64,000 bases of DNA from IMG/VR virus record IMGVR_UViG_3300031087_000494. One strand, given 5' to 3'. The translations under genes and the position numbers were made by a program. Every line of letters begins with the position of its first letter. The first letter of the stretch is position 1. Origin of the DNA: an uncultured virus (IMG/VR IMGVR_UViG_3300031087_000494) (lineage: Duplodnaviria; Heunggongvirae; Uroviricota; Caudoviricetes). Of the stretch, positions 57,593-64,000 are shown piece by piece. The notes under the pieces are model-generated. The model searched no databases. It was not told where the DNA came from and saw nothing but the letters and a program-made list of their open reading frames with translations.

Positions 57593-58063
57593 ATGGCTGA
57601 GATCCTGGACGAGCTCAACAGAGCAAAGACGGCCGCCATGAAGGCGAAGATCGCAGGTGAAAGCGAGAATGAGAAGCTCCTGGCTGGAATTCGGCTCGGC
57701 GTGGTTCGTACGCTCATCGGAGAGGTCGAGAAGGACTCGAAGCTTGAGAACCCCCGTGGGGCACTCGCCGTGCTCAAGTCCGAGCTCAAGAAGCGCAACG
57801 AGATGGCTGATCTTTTCCGGAAGTCCGGCAAGGACTCTCATGCCTTCAAGGAGCTCGACGAAGCTCGCGTCGTGGAGGAGTTCCTTCCGAAGGCACCCAG
57901 CGCAGAGCAGCTCGAGACTGTGATCGCCAAGGTCATCAAGGACAAGGAGCTCAAGGGCACCGGTGGCAAGGGCATCGGTCCAGTCATGGCTGAGCTCAAG
58001 GTCACCTTCGAGGCCTACGACGGCAAGGTCGCCTCCGAGATCGCTCGGAAGCTCCTGGCCTAG
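57593..58063 (+). CDS. GatB/YqeY-domain protein
   Basis: AAMKA, ELKKRNE..DLFRKSGK, VVEEFLPK, IGPVM, DGKVASEIARKLL. Confidence 0.85.
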   Translation: MAEILDELNRAKTAAMKAKIAGESENEKLLAGIRLGVVRTLIGEVEKDSKLENPRGALAVLKSELKKRNEMADLFRKSGKDSHAFKELDEARVVEEFLPKAPSAEQLETVIAKVIKDKELKGTGGKGIGPVMAELKVTFEAYDGKVASEIARKLLA

Positions 58064-58096
58064 AGCGCCATAAGTTTCAGGTCGCTAGAGCCATCA

Positions 58097-58141
58097 AAGG
58101 CCGGCACACCCTGTGAAAATGGTGTGCCGGCCTTCGCTTTT
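58097..58141 (+). terminator. Terminator hairpin
   Basis: 14-bp inverted repeat AAGGCCGGCACACC/GGTGTGCCGGCCTT then CGCTTTT. Confidence 0.65.
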
Positions 58142-58208
58142 CCCGCTACTTTCGGCACCATAGACTGACAGCAGACTATCTTCAACCCAGCAACTAAGGA
58201 TCAGAAAA

Positions 58209-58793
58209 GTGCTCCAGTACTCCCCCGACAAGTTCCAGTGGCTCATGCTCACTGACTCAAGCCCCATCGGCTTCCTTCTCCTCATCCTCGGCCTCGCGCT
58301 CCTCGTGAAGATGGCAGTCACGGCCTACAGGAAGAAGGACGACCGGTCCAACTACCTCAAGTTCGGCATCCCCGGCATCGTTCTGGTGGCCATCGGGGTC
58401 TTCCTTCCGAGCTTCGCCAGCACCGCTCCTCTTGCGGAGGGCGTGGCCAAGAACCTCTCCTCCACCGCGAACTTCAAGGATGTGAAGCTCCTCCATCTGG
58501 AGACAGTTTCGGACACTCCTTTCACCGAGGGCTCCGTGGTCTTCGTGGGTACCGCCACCGATGTGGACGGCGACCCTCGACAGTTCCGCTACACCCAGTA
58601 CGCTGACTTCGGCATCTACGACATCGTGGGCTTCGATAAGCCCGCCGTGGACCTCAAGGACCAGAGCTACCAGGACCTCGAGGACGGCCTCGACAGCCGC
58701 AAGGATGACCTCAGCGCCAGTGAGTCGCCGAAGCCCAGCCAGAGCTCCAGGAGCACCTCGACTCCGACGCCCTCAGCAACTCCCAAGTCCTGA
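58209..58793 (+). CDS. Membrane protein with Ser/Thr/Pro tail
   Basis: 2 TM segments. Confidence 0.7.
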   Translation: MLQYSPDKFQWLMLTDSSPIGFLLLILGLALLVKMAVTAYRKKDDRSNYLKFGIPGIVLVAIGVFLPSFASTAPLAEGVAKNLSSTANFKDVKLLHLETVSDTPFTEGSVVFVGTATDVDGDPRQFRYTQYADFGIYDIVGFDKPAVDLKDQSYQDLEDGLDSRKDDLSASESPKPSQSSRSTSTPTPSATPKS

Positions 58794-58837
58794 GCATCGG
58801 ATCCTAGCGGACTCTTGAGCACACAGAAGGAGAGCCC

Positions 58838-59896
58838 GTGGTTCAGAACCTCATAGCAGTGGCGCTCATCGCCCTGGGAGCGACCTTCGCCCTCTGGCCG
58901 GTGCCACTGCGAAAGATCAGCACCTTCTTCGACACGCTGATCCACGAGGCTGGCCACGGGCTCTCCTCTCTTCCCTTCGGAGCTCCACTGCCCTCGATCA
59001 CTGTTCGGAAGAACACTTCGGGCGAGACCCAGTCCGCCATGGGCTACCTCCACCAGTTCCTTCCCCTGGGCCTGGGAGTGCTCACCGAGAAGATCGCGCG
59101 CTTCTTGAGCCTCATGGCCGGCTACAGTGCGAGCCTCATTCTAGCAGCATTCCTCCTCGTGCTGATTCCTCTCAGAGAGATCCACCTCGAGCCCTGGGTG
59201 CTGCTCCTCATTGCTCAGATCGCTCTAGCAACGCTCCTCTGGACGCTGGTACGGGTCACAGAGAGCCCGCTGACCTTCCTGGCCGTGGCGGCTGGCTTCA
59301 CCTTCATCTACCTCCTGCTCTTCTCCTGGAACTGGCTGATCTACGGTGGAGTGATCCTGGGAGCTGTCGTGCTCTTCTTCCTTGCGAGGAGCCTTCTGGC
59401 TACGCTGGCAGTGGCCCTCACCGTCACCGCTCCTCTGGTGCCCATCGCTGAGCTCACCGTGCTCCAGGGAACCGCCCTGGGGAAGCTCATCGAACCCCTG
59501 GGGCTAACGGTGGACATCGCGCTCTTCTCTCGGGTGCTCTTCGGGGCGCTCCTGCTCTTCCTGGCGCTCTGCTGCAGGAGCTGGCTGAGCTTCGGGCTCA
59601 CGGCGCTGATCCTGGGCTCCGTGTTCGGGCTGCTCTTCGTTCCGGGATTGCCCGTGGCCTTCGTGTTCGCCTTCGTGGCTGGGATGCTCACGGTTGCAGG
59701 CGTTCGCAGCCTGATGGAGCTCCATCGGATCACCTTCAGCGCTACGGCGTCCCACTGGCAGAGCGAACGAGTTGCCACGGACATGGTCTTCGCAGCTGAA
59801 GAAATCGGTGGCGATCCTCGCTACTGGTACTGGGCCCAATGCTTCGTAGCTGGAGTTGGATTCCTTGGTATCGTCGTTTTTGGCTACTTCCTCTAG
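58838..59896 (+). CDS. M50B-like intramembrane metallopeptidase
   Basis: TLIHEAGH, SGET, AGY, TD motif, many TM segments. Confidence 0.8.
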   Translation: MVQNLIAVALIALGATFALWPVPLRKISTFFDTLIHEAGHGLSSLPFGAPLPSITVRKNTSGETQSAMGYLHQFLPLGLGVLTEKIARFLSLMAGYSASLILAAFLLVLIPLREIHLEPWVLLLIAQIALATLLWTLVRVTESPLTFLAVAAGFTFIYLLLFSWNWLIYGGVILGAVVLFFLARSLLATLAVALTVTAPLVPIAELTVLQGTALGKLIEPLGLTVDIALFSRVLFGALLLFLALCCRSWLSFGLTALILGSVFGLLFVPGLPVAFVFAFVAGMLTVAGVRSLMELHRITFSATASHWQSERVATDMVFAAEEIGGDPRYWYWAQCFVAGVGFLGIVVFGYFL

Positions 59897-59960
59897 GTTC
59901 TGTTGACTCATTAGAACTCCTCTCAGTCAAGAGCAGTAATCAAGCGGCAAGGAGCACAGA

Positions 59961-60635
59961 ATGGCCAAGGGACAGCTACACTCGACCGGAACGGTCTGCA
60001 GGGCAGAGATTCGCTGCCCCATCGAGGACGAGGGTGGTCAGCACTTCGATTCAGTCGATGAGCTCGTGGAGCACACGGCAACGCAGACGGGCACCGATGC
60101 CTCTGAGCTTCGAGGCGTGCTCGCAACCGGAGTCAGTACCGCTGAAGCTGTTTCGATGGCTAGAGAGGGAGTTCTCGGCAGCGGTACCCCTCAGTCCGTA
60201 TCCCGGGAGCCTCTGAAGCCCGCTCAGGTAAAGGAGCTCGACCAGTTCGATCCAGCTGTCCACAGCGTGTTCTCCAACGCTGCTGCTCGGACCGATCCCA
60301 ATGTGGCCGCTCGAGCACTCAAGAAGGAAGTTGCCAACGGCGAATGGATGGGCTCGCTCTCCGACGAGCATGCAGACCTCGTGGACTCCAATGCAGATCC
60401 CGACTACATCGAGGAAGATCGAGCAAAGGTAGTAGAGTACGGGGATAGGCAAAAGGCATCCGAGGCTCGACAGGCTGCGATGGCCAAGGAGATGCTCTGG
60501 CTTGCTGACAGCGCTCCCAGCTACAAGGCCCGGCTTCCCAAGGGCGCCCACGGACTCCTTCAGCGTGTTCAGGGCTATGACCACTCAGGCATCTCCATCG
60601 GCACGGTGAGGAAGGCACCTGCAGCCAAGGGCTAG
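59961..60635 (+). CDS. HCCH-tag protein of unknown function
   Basis: GQLH-STGTV-C-RAEIR-C-PIEDEGGQ-HF. Confidence 0.8.
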   Translation: MAKGQLHSTGTVCRAEIRCPIEDEGGQHFDSVDELVEHTATQTGTDASELRGVLATGVSTAEAVSMAREGVLGSGTPQSVSREPLKPAQVKELDQFDPAVHSVFSNAAARTDPNVAARALKKEVANGEWMGSLSDEHADLVDSNADPDYIEEDRAKVVEYGDRQKASEARQAAMAKEMLWLADSAPSYKARLPKGAHGLLQRVQGYDHSGISIGTVRKAPAAKG

Positions 60636-60722
60636 AGCTGATCTGGCTGAGTTTGACAGAACAGCCTCCAGGATGATAGATTGGTTGAACCGATCTGGCT
60701 ACTCATCCTGGAGGCTGTTCCC

Positions 60723-61481
60723 ATGTCCAAGACCTACAAGGATGCTCCCTACCGGATCCGCGAGAAGCGACTCGGCATCACCGACGGAGATGAGAGCTGC
60801 TCTCTCTGCCTCGAGAACAAGGGTAAGCCTCGAACCTTCACCACCGGCTTCACCGCGATCTTCTTCGCCCATGAGCTCTCTCAGCTCGAGTCCTTCCTGG
60901 AGCTCGCCGAGGAGAAGGGCTTTGAGATCCAGCAGCGCGAGGCGCAGGGCTACCTCGGCAAGGATGTCTACGAGGACTTCGGCTACAGGCTCTCCTTCCG
61001 CTCCGCCAAGTCGGCCTTCGAGGGCTACTACGACGACGAGCGCGCCATCTACTCGGAGCCTCGCGCTCTCAAGGAGAACCTCCTCTGGAATCTCACCGGA
61101 AGTGGGAAGGATGCCGACGCCAATCAGCACAGCTACGGACGCAGCGTGTCTTCCGCATTCTTCGGGCTCCCCTCTGTGTCCCACAAGCGCAACATCTTTA
61201 AGGTGATCTCTGTCTCCAAGACCTTCGAGAGCCGCTACCCTCGCTTCGGAGGTCACAGCCACGAGATCGACAGCGCGAGCTACCTCCTCGGTGGCGTTCA
61301 CCACTGCCACTGCGACTACTGCGAGCCCGACGAGAAGAGCAGCAAGACTCGAGTTCGCTCGGTGACCAACGAGCTCAAGAAGGCCTACAACGGAGGCGAC
61401 TACGATGCCCTCGAGGACATTGCCTCCGAGCTCGTTCGAACCAGCACCAGCGCTCAGCGCAGCGGCGACAGCATCTACTGA
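60723..61481 (+). CDS. Hypothetical protein (MSKTYKDAP start, Cys clusters)
   Basis: GGAGG RBS; promoter TTGACA..TAGATT at 60653-60682. Confidence 0.75.
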   Translation: MSKTYKDAPYRIREKRLGITDGDESCSLCLENKGKPRTFTTGFTAIFFAHELSQLESFLELAEEKGFEIQQREAQGYLGKDVYEDFGYRLSFRSAKSAFEGYYDDERAIYSEPRALKENLLWNLTGSGKDADANQHSYGRSVSSAFFGLPSVSHKRNIFKVISVSKTFESRYPRFGGHSHEIDSASYLLGGVHHCHCDYCEPDEKSSKTRVRSVTNELKKAYNGGDYDALEDIASELVRTSTSAQRSGDSIY

Positions 61482-61620
61482 CGGCAACCTGCGCGCCGAT
61501 AGTTCTCAGGTTGCACACGCTCACGCCGAAGCGCCTTTCGGCGTGCAGCGAGGCAGCTACTGTCTTTCAGGACCGGTTCCTGACAGCCCACGACCTCAAG
61601 TAACACAGATAGGGATACCC

Positions 61621-61905
61621 ATGGCCACTGCCACCATCGAACTCGAGCTCTCCGACGGTGAAGCAACCGCTGACGGGATTCTCTCAGAGCTCCCCGAGGA
61701 TCTCGATGGAGTAACCGTCGCCGTGGACTGTGGCGGCTCTGCCCTGGTCACGAGGAGCTTCACCGATCAGCTCGGGAGAGAGCTCCTCGAGGTTCGCCAT
61801 GCCTCGGGGCTCGTTCTTCGGGGTCTCTCGGAGGCCATGACCAACGCCGCGCTAAAGTCGAGCTACCTGCGAGGACTTCCGGGGCTGACTGTGATCTCCG
61901 GCTGA
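61621..61905 (+). CDS. Small STAS-like (DUF4325-like) protein
   Basis: VAVDCGGSALVTRSFTDQL. Confidence 0.5.
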   Translation: MATATIELELSDGEATADGILSELPEDLDGVTVAVDCGGSALVTRSFTDQLGRELLEVRHASGLVLRGLSEAMTNAALKSSYLRGLPGLTVISG

Positions 61906-62021
61906 CGGTTGCGTGACGCTACTGCCGCGAGATCTCCCGCATTTTTGCCGAAAATTATGCCTCAAAGTAGTGACTTCCGTTCCGCCCCGTGATACGATGG
62001 ATTCCATTGGGAGGCGAGACC

Positions 62022-62363
62022 ATGAAGCCAGAAGTTCTACCGCAGGCACCACTGAACCTCTTCGCGGACCTAGTGCGGCTGGCGCCGCCTGAGACATCCA
62101 CGAAGGCTCACATCGACGCGACGCTGAAGTACCTCGAGGACCGTCAGAATCGCTGGACTGTGGAGCAGAACCTTCGCCTTCAGAAGGCCGAGAAGCGCAT
62201 CAAGCTCTGTGCCTACCTCCACGGCATGCTCCTGGGCATCGGCCTGACTCCGGACTACAGGGTGCATCACAAGCACTTCAGCTGGTGCCCCTTCGAGGAC
62301 TGGATGGGCAGCGAGTACAGCACGATCCCGGAACTCCTCGAGCCTCTAGGAGATCAGGTGTAG
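62022..62363 (+). CDS. Hypothetical protein
   Basis: GGAGG RBS. Confidence 0.65.
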   Translation: MKPEVLPQAPLNLFADLVRLAPPETSTKAHIDATLKYLEDRQNRWTVEQNLRLQKAEKRIKLCAYLHGMLLGIGLTPDYRVHHKHFSWCPFEDWMGSEYSTIPELLEPLGDQV

Positions 62364-62367
62364 ACCC

Positions 62368-62919
62368 ATGCAGACATTCCTTCCCTACGCAGACTACGCA
62401 GCTTCCATGGCCACCCTGGACGACAAGCGCCTCGGCAAGCAGCGCGTGGAGGCCTATCAGGCGCTTCTGCAGCTCACGAGCCTCAAGATGGTGGATTTCC
62501 CGGTCTGGGAGCCTCGCTTCGGAGGCTGGAGCCACCCCGCCATGGCCATGTGGTCGGGCCACGAGATCGAGCTCCTCAAATACATCGAGGCCTGCTGCAA
62601 CGAGTGGACAAGTCGAGGGGCCAAGGACACCGTCCTGGAGAAGTCGGCCTTCACCCTGGAGCTCGCCCGGGAGGATGACTGGAGCACTGAGCCTCCGGCC
62701 TGGCTCGGCGATCCCGAGTTCCACCGAAGCCACCGCTCCAACCTCATCCGCAAGGACCCGGCTCACTACAGCCCGCTCTTCCCCGAGGACGGACCCGAGC
62801 TCGAGTATGTGTGGCCCACCACGGAGATCCCCATGAGGGACCGGAAGATCTACAACTTCAAGCGCATGATCGAGCTCAAGGAAGCTGAGTTCGAGGCCAT
62901 TCGCTCAGAGGCTTCCTAA
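62368..62919 (+). CDS. MSMEG_6728 / pyrimidine-dimer DNA glycosylase-like protein (second copy)
   Basis: MQTFLPY, LDDKRLGKQRVEAYQ, HPAMAMWSGH, PAWLGD.EFHRSHRSNLIRKDP.HY. Confidence 0.9.
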   Translation: MQTFLPYADYAASMATLDDKRLGKQRVEAYQALLQLTSLKMVDFPVWEPRFGGWSHPAMAMWSGHEIELLKYIEACCNEWTSRGAKDTVLEKSAFTLELAREDDWSTEPPAWLGDPEFHRSHRSNLIRKDPAHYSPLFPEDGPELEYVWPTTEIPMRDRKIYNFKRMIELKEAEFEAIRSEAS

Positions 62920-63028
62920 GCCCCTCGGCACTCCAGGCGAAGCGTACCGATGGAGCTGGACTGTAGCCGTCCTAGAGCGGCTCCTGCGGCCGTAGGTGGT
63001 GCCATCGGGAATGGGACGGCAACTACAG

Positions 63029-63057
63029 TTGACAGGAGCTGCTGATGATTGTAGGAT
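63029..63057 (+). promoter_or_regulatory. SigA-type promoter
   Basis: TTGACA-17nt-TAGGAT. Confidence 0.8.
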
Positions 63058-63102
63058 CGGTTCCATAGTACACCACGCAACCGAACTCTAGGAATCAAGC
63101 AG

Positions 63103-64000
63103 ATGCCACTCTCCCTGACGAAGATCACCGAGTACATGCAGCACGGCCTGAACATCTACATCACGGGCAAGGCAGGTACCGGTAAGACCGAGGTCCTCAA
63201 GGCTGCCGCCAAGAAGAACAACCTCTGCATGGGCTACATGTCTGCTCCGACCCTGGATGCCTATGTGGACCTCGTGGGTATCCCCGTGGCCAAGATGGAC
63301 AAGCAGCTCAAGAAGCGCGTGCTCAAGTTCATCCGCAAGCAAGACTTCGATGACATCGAGGTGCTCTTCATCGACGAGCTCCCCCGAGGCGAGCTCAAGA
63401 CCCTCAACGCGATCTTCGAGATCGTGCAGTTCGGCACCATCAACGGCGAGGTCGCCATGCCGAAGCTCAAGTGCGTGGTCGCTGCCGGCAATCCGATGAC
63501 CGACGAGTACCAGGGTCAGCAGGAGCTCGACGAGGCACTCCTCGACCGCTTCGACATGTACCTCGAGACGGACACCGAAGCGGATCGGGCCTACTTCATC
63601 GGCGAGTTCGGCACTGAGATCGGAAAGGCCCTCGTGGGCTGGCACAAGGCCCACGATCACGAGGCCAACGGCTATCTCTCCCCTCGACGCCTGGAGAAGA
63701 TCGGCAAGACCTGGCTGAAGATGCCGGAGCTCTCCACCATCAAGGCCATGGTGCCTCCCGGTGGACGCTTCAATGTTCAGAAGCTCCAGGATGACCTCGA
63801 GCGCGCTCGCGCCAAGGGTCTCGGTGCGCAGGCAGTGAGCAGCACCGCTCCCATCTGGGATCAGATTCCCTACATGAGCACCGGCGAGCTCCGCAAGAAT
63901 CGTGAGGACATCATCCGGGTGCTCCCCGACCTGGACGCTCGGGGTCAGGCTCAGGTCACCGAGGCCCTGGCCAAGGGCCTCCAGCGAGGCTTCACCGTGG
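63103..64000 (+). CDS. MoxR/AAA_5-type AAA+ ATPase (runs off window end; absent from the ORF track)
   Basis: Translated by hand: ITGKAGTGKT, DLVGIP, LFIDELPR, AAGNP, LDEALLDRF. Confidence 0.85.
   Translation, partial: MPLSLTKITEYMQHGLNIYITGKAGTGKTEVLKAAAKKNNLCMGYMSAPTLDAYVDLVGIPVAKMDKQLKKRVLKFIRKQDFDDIEVLFIDELPRGELKTLNAIFEIVQFGTINGEVAMPKLKCVVAAGNPMTDEYQGQQELDEALLDRFDMYLETDTEADRAYFIGEFGTEIGKALVGWHKAHDHEANGYLSPRRLEKIGKTWLKMPELSTIKAMVPPGGRFNVQKLQDDLERARAKGLGAQAVSSTAPIWDQIPYMSTGELRKNREDIIRVLPDLDARGQAQVTEALAKGLQRGFTV

Overview
A GC-rich, gene-dense, mostly plus-strand segment of what is most likely a large lytic dsDNA phage of an actinobacterial host. This is inferred from SigA-type promoters driving leaderless genes, actinobacterial-type Pth2, MSMEG_6728, NlpC/P60 and M50B genes, and many small orphan ORFs. 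No virion structural genes or DNA polymerase are recognisable. The window is an accessory / host-takeover region: RNA repair (RNA ligase, PNK-like kinase, 3 HAD, 3 metallophosphoesterases), NAD/ADP-ribose enzymes (Sir2, macrodomain, NADAR, SLOG), 4 tandem PI3/4K-like kinases, 2 SF2 helicases, a PurA-like synthetase, a radical SAM protein, a ParB-SAP protein and a GIY-YIG homing endonuclease. Two candidate undescribed systems stand out. (1) Eight proteins with otherwise diverse bodies share an N-terminal H-C-C-H (putative Zn-binding) tag, and all eight genes have a TTAGA motif 38-52 nt upstream. This suggests a co-regulated, tag-directed cargo (virion loading/ejection) system. (2) An amber-suppressor tRNA(CUA) is apparently co-transcribed with a Pth2-like gene that has an in-frame TAG at codon 5. 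The sequence also appears to avoid ACGT strongly. All family calls are from motif recognition by eye, not database searches.
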